A stretch of 64,000 nt of DNA, taken from sequence record PP355090.1; one strand, written 5' to 3'. The position numbers and the translations under genes were made by a program. Position 1 is the first letter of the stretch. Every line of letters begins with the position of its first letter. The stretch is from Escherichia phage 232Ecol030PP. The notes under the pieces are model-generated. The model searched no databases, had not been told where the DNA came from, and saw only the letters and a program-made list of their open reading frames with translations. This document shows positions 1-8,718 of this stretch, in pieces.

Positions 1-410
1 TAAATATTTTTGCCGTAATACTTATACCAGTGTGGCTTCATTAAAATTTTTTCATCGAGTCGTTGTTGACTCAACTTAATAGCTGATTTGCATGGATTAT
101 AATCATTTTTCCATTCTACTGGAATATCGCTGATGTCAGGAACTTCAGTATCTTTTATACTGAACCCGCGTTTTAAGCATTCCGTTATAATGTCCGATTG
201 ACGCTTTCGCAAAAATTCTAACTTATCGTAAAAGAAAGTAACATGACCAGAACCTAAAATAAATTTAGAAGATATTTTAAAATCTTTAACGCGCTTACCG
301 TTTGCCACATGCTTACGAACTATACCAAAAACACGCGGCAATTCACGGTATTCTGCGATTAAATGTTGATCAGCAAGTTCAGATACTAAAGTCAAATTAA
401 TACGAGTCAT
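1..410 (-). CDS. denV: Endonuclease V (pyrimidine dimer DNA glycosylase), 3'-truncated by window edge
   Basis: Minus-strand ATG at 410-408; own translation [29 protein letters not shown]...[10 protein letters not shown] matches T4 DenV as I recall it; stop codon lies beyond position 1, so absent from ORF track. Confidence 0.85.
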   Translation of the reverse strand, partial: MTRINLTLVSELADQHLIAEYRELPRVFGIVRKHVANGKRVKDFKISSKFILGSGHVTFFYDKLEFLRKRQSDIITECLKRGFSIKDTEVPDISDIPVEWKNDYNPCKSAIKLSQQRLDEKILMKPHWYKYYGKNI

Positions 411-469
411 TTTATCCCTCCAAGTAACTGTGAATATACTATCACAATTCTAGGAGAAAGTAAACAACT

Positions 470-1000
<531 letters not shown>

Positions 1001-1456
1001 TTAAAAGAGGCTGTTCATTATTCGGTAAAGTGAAGGACCCATCACATATTGCCACTGAGTACGAGGAATAAGAGCAAAAGCATCCATCTCTGGAATCATA
1101 ACGCCATCTTTATTTTCAAAATAAGACTCGCAATGGCAATTTCTAAACATCTCATGCTCTACTGGAATCGTATAATAAAATAACTGTAAGTCTTTATTAC
1201 TAGAATATTTAAATACACCTAGGTCTTCTAGAAGGTCTGGATTATAATTGCTAAAACCGGTCTCTTCTAAGCATTCTCTTTTTGCAGCTTCCAGTGCATT
1301 CAAATCAGAACTTTCTACGCGGCCCTTTGGAATATCCCAGCGATGTGCCATCATTCCAGGCTTACGAGAACCAGTAACCCGACCCATAAATAAATCTTTA
1401 TCTTCTGTCATAAAGATAATACCAGCTGATAGTGTTTTCATTTTAATTTCCTGCAT
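1001..1456 (-). CDS. nudE: Nudix hydrolase
   Basis: 151 aa; Nudix box GRVESSDLNALEAAKRECLEETGF; position downstream of e as in T4 e.1. Confidence 0.9.
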   Translation of the reverse strand: MQEIKMKTLSAGIIFMTEDKDLFMGRVTGSRKPGMMAHRWDIPKGRVESSDLNALEAAKRECLEETGFSNYNPDLLEDLGVFKYSSNKDLQLFYYTIPVEHEMFRNCHCESYFENKDGVMIPEMDAFALIPRTQWQYVMGPSLYRIMNSLF

Positions 1457-1926
1457 TCAGTGATAAAGTTATTTAAATTTTGAGTATATTTCTTTTCATC
1501 AAAAATCTTTTGTTGTCTGCGTAAACGCCATGGCATTTCAATGAACATACGCCATATTCCTGATAATACTGCTGCTGTAAAAATATTAACAAGTATAGTT
1601 AAAAGAACCCAATCTCCTATTCTGTCCATTGGATTTTTTATAAAAAAGTAAAATACGAACGATGATATAGGAAGACTAATGATATACCACAGAAGAACCT
1701 TCTTATCTGTGAACCAATCAGCATTCGTTAACTTAGCGCGACCGTTTTGAATACATACGAACTTATCATCTGTTACAGTAAATGGCTTAGCTGCTTGATA
1801 TCCCATTCTAAACTCCCTAATCAACAAATTTTTCATATCTTCGGAACAACCATTCCAGTCAACTCTATCAACTGAAATGCCATCGTCCCCATCATCTAAA
1901 TCATACCAGCGAGTTTTTAAAATCAT
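1438..1926 (-). CDS. Hypothetical membrane protein (e.2-like position)
   Basis: 162 aa ORF with hydrophobic segments (LLWYIISLPISSFVFYFF, LLTILVNIFTAAVLSGIW); co-oriented with flanking genes. Confidence 0.6.
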   Translation of the reverse strand: MILKTRWYDLDDGDDGISVDRVDWNGCSEDMKNLLIREFRMGYQAAKPFTVTDDKFVCIQNGRAKLTNADWFTDKKVLLWYIISLPISSFVFYFFIKNPMDRIGDWVLLTILVNIFTAAVLSGIWRMFIEMPWRLRRQQKIFDEKKYTQNLNNFITECRKLK

Positions 1927-2285
1927 TTAATTTTCCTACAATCACTCACAAACTCTTCCATTGATTCTTTTTCAATATAAGACATATAGCTATTATATTC
2001 CTTTAATTGTATTTTGTAATCCTTTTTTCTTTGCCAATTTATTTTAAAATTATCATAATGAAAATATAACATGGTACCAAAGAATGAAAATAATGAAATC
2101 GCTATAGTAAAACGAAGTTCACTCCAAACCTCTGTTATAATTACTGTGCCGTCGATATTTAAAATAAAACAGTCAATTAACAATCCAATAAGACTACCCG
2201 CAAGAGCTGTAAATACTGATACAGCAAGAATTAATAGTGCCTCTGGAAACGAATATTTGACTTTATTTAGTTTTGGCTTTTGCAT
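1923..2285 (-). CDS. Hypothetical small membrane protein
   Basis: 120 aa; hydrophobic stretch ALLILAVSVFTALAGSLIGLLIDCFIL; 4-nt overlap with upstream gene. Confidence 0.6.
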   Translation of the reverse strand: MQKPKLNKVKYSFPEALLILAVSVFTALAGSLIGLLIDCFILNIDGTVIITEVWSELRFTIAISLFSFFGTMLYFHYDNFKINWQRKKDYKIQLKEYNSYMSYIEKESMEEFVSDCRKIK

Positions 2286-2680
2286 CGTGATTCCTTAACA
2301 AATTTCATAATTTCATCAAATTCATACATATCTAGCTTAAGCTGGTGTTCCTTTTTAATCTTTTTACACTGAGCTTTCCAATCACGTACACGTTTACGAT
2401 AATGTCTTCCTTGATACCAGTATCCTACCCAATTTACGGGTACTAATAAAAGTGGAACTATTAATGGAAGAATTAGCATTAACACAAGTATTTCGCCAGA
2501 ATCAATATCAGTCATAACATCTAAAACACCTCCAATAATCAATAGAATTACAAATGATATGAGTATAACAGGACCTATTAACACATCAGTAGAAATTATC
2601 TGACGCTTTGGTTCATACTTCACAGGTTTACTTGGAAGGTATAGTGATGGTTTTGACATATTCTCTACATTCCTTAACAA
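2267..2680 (-). CDS. Hypothetical small membrane protein
   Basis: 137 aa; two hydrophobic helices (VLIGPVILISFVILLIIGGVL, LVLMLILPLIVPLLLVPV); start may be at an internal Met. Confidence 0.55.
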   Translation of the reverse strand: MLRNVENMSKPSLYLPSKPVKYEPKRQIISTDVLIGPVILISFVILLIIGGVLDVMTDIDSGEILVLMLILPLIVPLLLVPVNWVGYWYQGRHYRKRVRDWKAQCKKIKKEHQLKLDMYEFDEIMKFVKESRCKSQN

Positions 2681-3242
2681 ATTTTTCTAGTAATAAATCA
2701 CTTTCAAAATTGGGATTTTCTACAAATTTATCAAAAAGATCATCAACAATAGTTAAGATATTCTTTTTACTAAGAATACGTTTATTTTCATGCTTCGTTT
2801 CAGAATCAACTATAAGAGTAAAGAAATATTTCTTGCCCTGAAATTTTACAGTAGTATCAATATAAAATAAATTTGACTTTTGTAAATTACGTTTAAACCA
2901 TGCGTCACTTAAACTATAAACACCGAGATAATCAAAATCGTCGTTTAAATAACAAACCGTCCATTCAGGAGAAATGAAATCAGTAAATTCAACATCAAAA
3001 TCACACGTCAATGAATGAATTGATTCAATACTGTTAATGAGTATTCCAGGACGTATTAAAGACTTTTTACCTCTAGAAAATCTTCCGGAAAGGCTTTCAT
3101 CAGTTTCATATGAAGACCCCCAATAGTAATTACGTCCTTCTGCCATGCGTTTAAGAGCATTTAGTAATTGGTCTGGAACATCAACCTGTCTTTGGAACTC
3201 TTCAAACATTGAATTGAAATCACTTTGCATTTTCATTTTCAT
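2628..3242 (-). CDS. Hypothetical protein
   Basis: 204 aa ORF, co-oriented, tight spacing. Confidence 0.6.
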   Translation of the reverse strand: MKMKMQSDFNSMFEEFQRQVDVPDQLLNALKRMAEGRNYYWGSSYETDESLSGRFSRGKKSLIRPGILINSIESIHSLTCDFDVEFTDFISPEWTVCYLNDDFDYLGVYSLSDAWFKRNLQKSNLFYIDTTVKFQGKKYFFTLIVDSETKHENKRILSKKNILTIVDDLFDKFVENPNFESDLLLEKFVKECREYVKTITIPSK

Positions 3243-3283
3243 TCCTATTTACTCCAAGTATAAGGGGCCGAAACCCCTTATCA

Positions 3284-3877
3284 TTATTTCAGAGAATTAA
3301 TGTATTCCTGAACATCGGCAGAGGTAGTTTCAACCCCAGAAATATTACCGTTAAAGGTTTCAACTCGAGCAAGGGTATCTTCAATATCAACCTTAGTCAG
3401 TGCTGCAATTTCAACTACATCATCGGCAGTACTAATTCCAAGGGCATTTGCTGCACGAGTTTCACGGATATATTCCAATTTAACCGCAAGTTCTTGACGA
3501 GCATCATCTAACTCAACTACTTTCTTGGCGATTTCAATTCGCATTTCAGCATAACCGTCAGCCTTAGTAGTCAACTGCTCAGCTGTTCGACGATATAGTA
3601 AACCGAGTTTAGCATGCATTGTTACATCTTGGCCTTCGGAAAGAAGTTTACGAATTTCACGCTCTTTTGATTCGGCCTGTCGATTCTTTTCGATAACAAG
3701 TTCACGAATACGTTTTTCTTCGTTAATAGATTTAACAGAAGCAGTTTTTAGATCTTTAATTTTATCAAGTAGTTTTGCTGCTGCAGCAGTATACTGTTCT
3801 TCGACAGATAGATTTTTAGCCATAGCAGAACCAAGTTTAGTGCGAATAAACTCAACAATTTTCTTCAGTGTGTTCAT
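3284..3877 (-). CDS. Hypothetical coiled-coil protein
   Basis: 197 aa, heptad-like charged/Ala-rich sequence; no family confidently recognised. Confidence 0.6.
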   Translation of the reverse strand: MNTLKKIVEFIRTKLGSAMAKNLSVEEQYTAAAAKLLDKIKDLKTASVKSINEEKRIRELVIEKNRQAESKEREIRKLLSEGQDVTMHAKLGLLYRRTAEQLTTKADGYAEMRIEIAKKVVELDDARQELAVKLEYIRETRAANALGISTADDVVEIAALTKVDIEDTLARVETFNGNISGVETTSADVQEYINSLK

Positions 3878-4166
3878 AGTATTTCCTTAGGTTAATTGAG
3901 ATTTAAAATCCATGAGAGTATTATACTCCGGATAGTTTGTAAACTATTTCAACATCGCCTTTTGCTGCTTTATAACCTTCAGCCCAAGATACAACCGAGT
4001 TTTTATCCGAAGATTCAAATTCTGGCATTGGGCTTTCGCCAATGTTCACGCAGTATGTTTCTTCATTTTCGTCGAACCAAATAATTAAAGTAGTCATTTA
4101 TTTCTCCGTTTTCTGTATTTGTTTTGATAAGTCTATAATAACACCGTCCTTGGCGTTTGTACACAA

Positions 4167-4442
4167 TTATTTCATATTATTGAAATATTCTTCTGCGATT
4201 TCATCGTTATCATGGTAAACTTTAGAAGACAGTTTAACATAACCTTCAGCAGTGAACATGTTAATCACAACCTTTACAGTATACCACTGACCATCTTCAT
4301 TACCCATTACTGCATAGGTTTCAAACATCGGATGGTCAGGACCGATAACTTTAATATCATTCACTGTACGACCGAAATCTTCTGAAACACATTTCATAAA
4401 GAAGTTGAACAGTTCGCCGTAATTATCCATTTCATTCTCCAA
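4167..4442 (-). CDS. Hypothetical protein
   Basis: 91 aa ORF preceded by a GTTTAC -35-like box and TACTAT -10-like box. Confidence 0.6.
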   Translation of the reverse strand: MENEMDNYGELFNFFMKCVSEDFGRTVNDIKVIGPDHPMFETYAVMGNEDGQWYTVKVVINMFTAEGYVKLSSKVYHDNDEIAEEYFNNMK

Positions 4443-4472
4443 GTTGTTTTTGTATCAGTAGTTGATAGTTGT

Positions 4473-4502
4473 ATAGTACCATGGAAGAACAGGGATGTAA
4501 AC
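4473..4502 (-). promoter_or_regulatory. Early-type promoter-like element (GTTTAC -35, 18-nt spacer, TACTAT -10)
   Basis: minus strand reads AAAACTGTTTACATCCCTGTTCTTCCATGGTACTATAC; A-rich upstream tract. Confidence 0.4.
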
Positions 4503-4636
4503 AGTTTTGTGAAAAAATTTTTTAAAAAGTTTTAGGGAATTCTAGGGCAGGGAGGGGCAATTAAAAGATAGGATAATATATTATAAAGGGTAGAAACTAA
4601 ATGATGTCTAGAGAGGCCCGGAAAGGCCTAGATACC

Positions 4637-4666
4637 AAAAAGCCCCAACCTTTCGGTCGGGGCTAA
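4637..4666 (-). terminator. Rho-independent terminator hairpin (copy A of 30-nt repeat)
   Basis: minus strand GCCCCGACC-GAAA-GGTTGGGGC followed by TTTTT, directly after the stop of the 4671..5144 gene. Confidence 0.7.
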
Positions 4667-4670
4667 AATG

Positions 4671-5144
4671 TTATTTGATTTGTTTAGCAGACCAAATGCG
4701 GTCTTTAATAATTTTTTGGATGTCTTCAACATACTCAAGAGAGTGAACATGTGGGTTATCTTTGAAACTATAAGCACGGGCTAACTTTTGGCCTTCGGTT
4801 TTGATTACTAAAAGCTCTTTAAGGATAGCTTCATATTTGGAGATAATTCCTTTAACAATATTTTTCTCTTGTGTGACTTTAGGATCTGCTTTAGGAGCAG
4901 GTTTACCTGAAGCCTTTGCAAAAGCAGCTCCAGTAGCAACTAAACTTTTCCAAGCCATACTAACTGCGTTCCCTGTAAATCCTTCGGCTTTCATATCACG
5001 AGCAAATTGGAATCGTGATTCATCGGAAGCATCTTTATAGGAATATTTACCCGCGGCAATGGCAGCTTTTGCAACAGCTTGAATTTCGGTGCTAGATGCT
5101 TCATTTAACACCGCTTCATTTAAAAATTGAGCATATGATTTCAT
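4671..5144 (-). CDS. Hypothetical late protein with capsid-targeting-sequence-like N-terminus (candidate internal head protein)
   Basis: 157 aa; N-terminus MKSYAQFLNEA resembles the T4 internal-protein CTS (MKTYQEFIAE) including an L-x-E site; own TATAAATA box upstream. Confidence 0.55.
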   Translation of the reverse strand: MKSYAQFLNEAVLNEASSTEIQAVAKAAIAAGKYSYKDASDESRFQFARDMKAEGFTGNAVSMAWKSLVATGAAFAKASGKPAPKADPKVTQEKNIVKGIISKYEAILKELLVIKTEGQKLARAYSFKDNPHVHSLEYVEDIQKIIKDRIWSAKQIK

Positions 5145-5180
5145 CTTATTTCCTGTTTTAATTCGTGGTTTTAATATACT

Positions 5181-5188
5181 TATTTATA
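5181..5188 (-). promoter_or_regulatory. Late promoter box (TATAAATA on minus strand)
   Basis: plus tatttata at 5181-5188, about 37 nt upstream of the ATG at 5144. Confidence 0.55.
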
Positions 5189-5190
5189 CT

Positions 5191-5220
5191 AAAAAGCCCC
5201 AACCTTTCGGTCGGGGCTAA
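5191..5220 (-). terminator. Rho-independent terminator hairpin (copy B of 30-nt repeat), end of tRNA/RNA transcription unit
   Basis: identical 30-mer to 4637-4666; hairpin plus U-tract on minus strand. Confidence 0.7.
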
Positions 5221-5221
5221 G

Positions 5222-5534
5222 CCTTGCGGCAACCTTGTCGGGGTTCCACCTGCTAAGGCAAGTGTTTGTACGAAACGCCGGGATTCGAACCCGGTTATTA
5301 AGCAGTTGACGCTACTCAATATTTTTAAAAGGCCATATCTCGACCATATCCGAACGTTCCGTCAAAAACGCTACTCGGCTTACGGCAAAGATATTTCCTC
5401 GAATCGATAATTCGGTGCGCCGTTTCTGCTGTGATATAAGGGGGCATTAACAAAACATAAAGATTTATTAATGCCAGTCCTTAAACAGGGAACATCAGTC
5501 CGACGACTTGCCGGTAGCGACCCGGCTTCTTGTC
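5222..5534 (-). ncRNA. Putative small stable RNA region downstream of the tRNA array (T4 rnaC/rnaD-like position)
   Basis: ~310 nt without a convincing ORF between tRNA-Arg and the terminator; contains tRNA-like T-arm GGGTTCGAATCCCGG and a long hairpin GGCATTAA...TTAATGCC; exact ends unknown. Confidence 0.4.
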
Positions 5535-5610
5535 TGGTCGAGGCAGTAGGGATCGAACCTACGACCCAGGACTTAGAAGGTCCTTGCTCTTCCTTCTGAG
5601 CTATGCCTCG
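5535..5610 (-). tRNA. tRNA-Arg (anticodon UCU)
   Basis: manual cloverleaf: acceptor CGAGGCA/TGCCTCG, anticodon loop CTTCTAA, T-loop TTCGATC, CCA encoded. Confidence 0.85.
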
Positions 5611-5614
5611 GATT

Positions 5615-5689
5615 TGGCGGACGTGATAGGATTCGAACCTATAACCAATCGCTTAACAGGCGATCGCTCTGCCATTGAGCTACACATCC
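5615..5689 (-). tRNA. tRNA-Asn (anticodon GUU)
   Basis: manual cloverleaf: acceptor GGATGTG/CACGTCC, anticodon stem ATCGC/GCGAT, loop CTGTTAA, T-arm ATAGG-TTCGAAT-CCTAT, CCA encoded. Confidence 0.75.
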
Positions 5690-5693
5690 AAAT

Positions 5694-5780
5694 TGGTGGG
5701 GAGTGATGGAGTCGAACCACCCGAGTCGCAATGACAATGGATTTACAGTCCACACCGCTACCTCTACGGGATAACTCCCC
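5694..5780 (-). tRNA. tRNA-Tyr (anticodon GUA), long variable arm
   Basis: acceptor GGGGAGT/ACTCCCC, anticodon loop CTGTAAA, long variable arm TGTCATTGCGACTCGGG, T-loop TTCGACT; architecture like bacterial tRNA-Tyr. Confidence 0.7.
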
Positions 5781-5789
5781 AAATTAATT

Positions 5790-5864
5790 TGGTGGCCCTG
5801 GGTGGAATTGAACCACCATCTGGCGATTATGAGTCGCTTGCTTGAACCTTCCAGCTACAGGGCC
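5790..5864 (-). tRNA. tRNA with CAU anticodon (Ile by analogy with T4, or Met)
   Basis: acceptor GGCCCTG/CAGGGCC, anticodon loop CTCATAA, T-arm GGTGG-TTCAATT-CCACC. Confidence 0.75.
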
Positions 5865-5865
5865 T

Positions 5866-5941
5866 TGGTGCTGATTGACGGAATCGAACCGCCGACCTTC
5901 TCATTACAAGTGAGTTGCTCTACCTACTGAGCTAAATCAGC
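5866..5941 (-). tRNA. tRNA-Thr (anticodon UGU)
   Basis: acceptor GCTGATT/AATCAGC, anticodon loop CTTGTAA, T-loop TTCGATT. Confidence 0.85.
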
Positions 5942-5946
5942 AAAAC

Positions 5947-6036
5947 TGGCGGAGGCGATAGGATTTGAACCTATGAGTCGCCGGAGCGACTGCCGGTTTT
6001 CAAGACCGGTGCATTAAACCACTCTGCCACGCCTCC
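5947..6036 (-). tRNA. tRNA-Ser (anticodon UGA), long variable arm
   Basis: GGAGGCG...CTTGAAA...long variable arm...ATAGG-TTCAAAT-CCTAT-CGCCTCC-G-CCA. Confidence 0.85.
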
Positions 6037-6039
6037 AGT

Positions 6040-6112
6040 CTCCGTGGCAGGATTTGAACCTACGACATTCTGCTCCCAAAGCAGACGCTCTACCAAACTG
6101 AGCTACACGGAG
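6040..6112 (-). tRNA. tRNA-Pro (anticodon UGG), CCA not encoded
   Basis: acceptor CTCCGTG/CACGGAG, anticodon loop TTTGGGA, T-loop TTCAAAT; 3' end followed by CT then tRNA-Ser. Confidence 0.85.
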
Positions 6113-6122
6113 TAAATTAAAT

Positions 6123-6196
<74 letters not shown>

Positions 6197-6201
6197 AAAT
6201 T

Positions 6202-6288
6202 TGGTGCGAGAAGTGGGACTCGAACCCACAAGGAAATCATTCCGCAGCATTTTAAGTGCTGTGCCTTTACCAATTTGGCCATTCTCGC
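6202..6288 (-). tRNA. tRNA-Leu (anticodon UAA), long variable arm
   Basis: acceptor GCGAGAA/TTCTCGC, anticodon loop CTTAAAA, T-loop TTCGAGT. Confidence 0.85.
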
Positions 6289-6289
6289 G

Positions 6290-6362
6290 CTGGGAATAAA
6301 GGACTCGAACCTTTGCATCCTGGAATCAAAATCCAGTGCCTTACCAACTTGGCTAATTCCCA
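6290..6362 (-). tRNA. tRNA-Gln (anticodon UUG), CCA not encoded
   Basis: acceptor TGGGAAT/ATTCCCA, anticodon loop TTTTGAT, T-loop TTCGAGT. Confidence 0.85.
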
Positions 6363-6459
6363 ATTATTAACAAAGGCTCTTAAGCAAGAACCCTTGATGA
6401 TAGAGGGTATTAATCAGTGCGATATGAGTTAATAATAACAAATAATTCTTAAAGCATAT

Positions 6460-6747
6460 TTACCATTTATAATAATACATATTTACGATGCATTCAAGAC
6501 CCAAAGGATTCTTGAAAATATCATATTCAAGAGGACCTTTTTCTGTTTCAATAAAGAAATCAAAATTTACTGTATTAAATTTACGTTCTTCCTTCACTAA
6601 TTTAACTTGAGAAGATGAACGGTCAATGTAAACCTTTTCAACTTCAAAACATGTTAAAATGCCATAATCATCAATCAAAGCTTTAGCCGCGTCTTGATCA
6701 TATTTATATCCATTTTCAATGGATGATACTTTCGCATAAAGAATCAT
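6460..6747 (-). CDS. Hypothetical protein
   Basis: 95 aa ORF between tRNA cluster and internal-protein-like genes. Confidence 0.55.
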   Translation of the reverse strand: MILYAKVSSIENGYKYDQDAAKALIDDYGILTCFEVEKVYIDRSSSQVKLVKEERKFNTVNFDFFIETEKGPLEYDIFKNPLGLECIVNMYYYKW

Positions 6748-6749
6748 TA

Positions 6750-7148
6750 TCAGCCTTCATCAACAATAGTGTGAGTATTAGCATTTACGATTTGCCACCA
6801 ATCAAAGCGATTAGAATCCATCGGTTTGTTTTCATTTTCTTTGATAATGTCACGGAGTTCATCTTCAGAGAATGCTTTAGCAATTAAATCGGTATACCCA
6901 CCACGGGGATAATAATTATCACCTGCAAACAAAAGGAAATTTACCTTCCCGGAAGCAACATATGCTTCCTTAGGATACTTGTTTCCTGCGTGGTCAACCA
7001 CTTCAATATAACGGTAAGGAATATCGGTTCTTTCAACCCATTGCCATGCCGCCGCAGGGGAATCGAAAGCATCTACACCTAAACGATTATCTTCATCTTT
7101 AGACGGATTATTTTCGTAATCCGCATATACATAATATTCAACGTTCAT
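6750..7148 (-). CDS. Hypothetical protein
   Basis: 132 aa ORF; 3-nt gap to the downstream ORF. Confidence 0.6.
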   Translation of the reverse strand: MNVEYYVYADYENNPSKDEDNRLGVDAFDSPAAAWQWVERTDIPYRYIEVVDHAGNKYPKEAYVASGKVNFLLFAGDNYYPRGGYTDLIAKAFSEDELRDIIKENENKPMDSNRFDWWQIVNANTHTIVDEG

Positions 7149-7333
7149 TATTCACCTTTAGAAATTTTATCCATAACAATAGCAATTAAACCAATTAAAA
7201 ATGCTACTACAAGTGAAAACACATTTTCTGCTGTAGTCAATAATCCACATATAAATCCAACAAACATTGAAAAACTAAAAGCGGAAGCAGAAATTGCAAT
7301 AGCAACATTTCGAATTAATTCACAACGTTTCAT
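7148..7333 (-). CDS. Hypothetical small membrane protein
   Basis: 61 aa, two hydrophobic helices (VAIAISASAFSFSMFVGFICGLL, VVAFLIGLIAIVM); preceded by promoter-like repeat. Confidence 0.5.
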   Translation of the reverse strand: MKRCELIRNVAIAISASAFSFSMFVGFICGLLTTAENVFSLVVAFLIGLIAIVMDKISKGE

Positions 7334-7361
7334 TTTATTCTCCTCAGTAGTAGATAGGGTA

Positions 7362-7391
7362 ATAGTATCACTACCCTATCTAAAAGTAAAC
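7362..7391 (-). promoter_or_regulatory. Early-type promoter-like element embedded in 9-bp inverted repeat (repeat copy 1)
   Basis: minus strand GTTTAC-18nt-TACTAT; inverted repeat GATAGGGTA(7353-7361)/TACCCTATC(7372-7380) brackets the -10-like box. Confidence 0.45.
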
Positions 7392-7625
7392 TTATTTTTT
7401 ACGAAAAATTGATTTATTTTCTGCTGCCCATTTTTCAATAACTGCAGCAGGACCAGTAACAACAATTTTATCACCGTAATCTTCTGCGGCGAGTTGACCG
7501 AAATTATCTAATGCATCACGAAGAACTCCATGAGGCATTTCACCCATTTTATCTTTCTTGCCAGTGTAAATAAACTCAACTTTTACATCAGCAGTTTCAG
7601 CAATAAATTCTTGGTAAGTTTTCAT
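7392..7625 (-). CDS. Internal head protein-like (capsid-targeting sequence MKTYQEFIAE)
   Basis: ORF track gives 7392..7637 (MEIKMKTYQEFIAE...); second Met starts the canonical CTS with an I-A-E cleavage-type site and has a better-spaced RBS, so 7625 is taken as the start. Confidence 0.7.
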   Translation of the reverse strand: MKTYQEFIAETADVKVEFIYTGKKDKMGEMPHGVLRDALDNFGQLAAEDYGDKIVVTGPAAVIEKWAAENKSIFRKK

Positions 7626-7659
7626 TTTGATTTCCATTTGGTTTTGTTTTGATAGGGTA

Positions 7660-7689
7660 ATAGTATCACAACTAAAACCCTATGTAAAC
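7660..7689 (-). promoter_or_regulatory. Early-type promoter-like element (repeat copy 2)
   Basis: minus strand GTTTAC-18nt-TACTAT; conserved core GGGTAATAGTATCAC; inverted-repeat arms ATAGGGT/ACCCTAT. Confidence 0.45.
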
Positions 7690-7701
7690 AACTTTGTGAA
7701 A

Positions 7702-7959
7702 TTATTTTAAATCTTCTAATCGTTTCTTCATCTTAGAACCATTTTTAGCAATTTCTCCTGCATCGGAGCATAATGCTAAAAGTGCTTTAACTTTAGTTTG
7801 GTCTCCTTTAAAAGATGAAGGATCGACCGCAGCAGCAAGTTCTTTAATACGAGAGAAAAGACGCTCAGCTTCAGCTAAAGCCATTCCAAGCTTTACTTCC
7901 ATACCGTGGGAAGATTCAGTGATAGTAGTTTTTGTAGCAAACTCTTTGAAAGTTTTCAT
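7702..7959 (-). CDS. Internal head protein-like (CTS-like N-terminus MKTFKEFATK...ITE)
   Basis: 85 aa; N-terminus follows the M-K-T-(Y/F)-x-E-F pattern; I-T-E site at residues 13-15. Confidence 0.6.
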   Translation of the reverse strand: MKTFKEFATKTTITESSHGMEVKLGMALAEAERLFSRIKELAAAVDPSSFKGDQTKVKALLALCSDAGEIAKNGSKMKKRLEDLK

Positions 7960-7990
7960 TTTTATTTTCCTAATTAATTTTGATGAGGTA

Positions 7991-8020
7991 ATAGTATCAC
8001 TACCTCATCAGTATGTAAAC
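7991..8020 (-). promoter_or_regulatory. Early-type promoter-like element in 10-bp inverted repeat (repeat copy 3)
   Basis: minus strand GTTTAC-18nt-TACTAT; inverted repeat TGATGAGGTA(7981-7990)/TACCTCATCA(8001-8010). Confidence 0.45.
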
Positions 8021-8032
8021 AACTTTGTGAAA

Positions 8033-8717
<685 letters not shown>

Positions 8718-8718
<1 letters not shown>

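Noticed and set aside
3896-4084. 62-aa plus-strand ORF in the e.x region
   Set aside because: Opposite orientation to all neighbours and no start context. A short minus-strand ORF in the same interval is possible but has no in-frame ATG giving a convincing product, so not called.
5165-5410. 81-aa plus-strand ORF
   Set aside because: Overlaps the terminator hairpin and the structured RNA region downstream of the tRNA array; the region is more plausibly non-coding RNA.
6363-6459. Possible promoter for the tRNA array upstream of tRNA-Gln
   Set aside because: Only imperfect matches (TATAAATG; TTGCTT with poor spacing); no exact late box or well-spaced -35/-10 pair, so not annotated.
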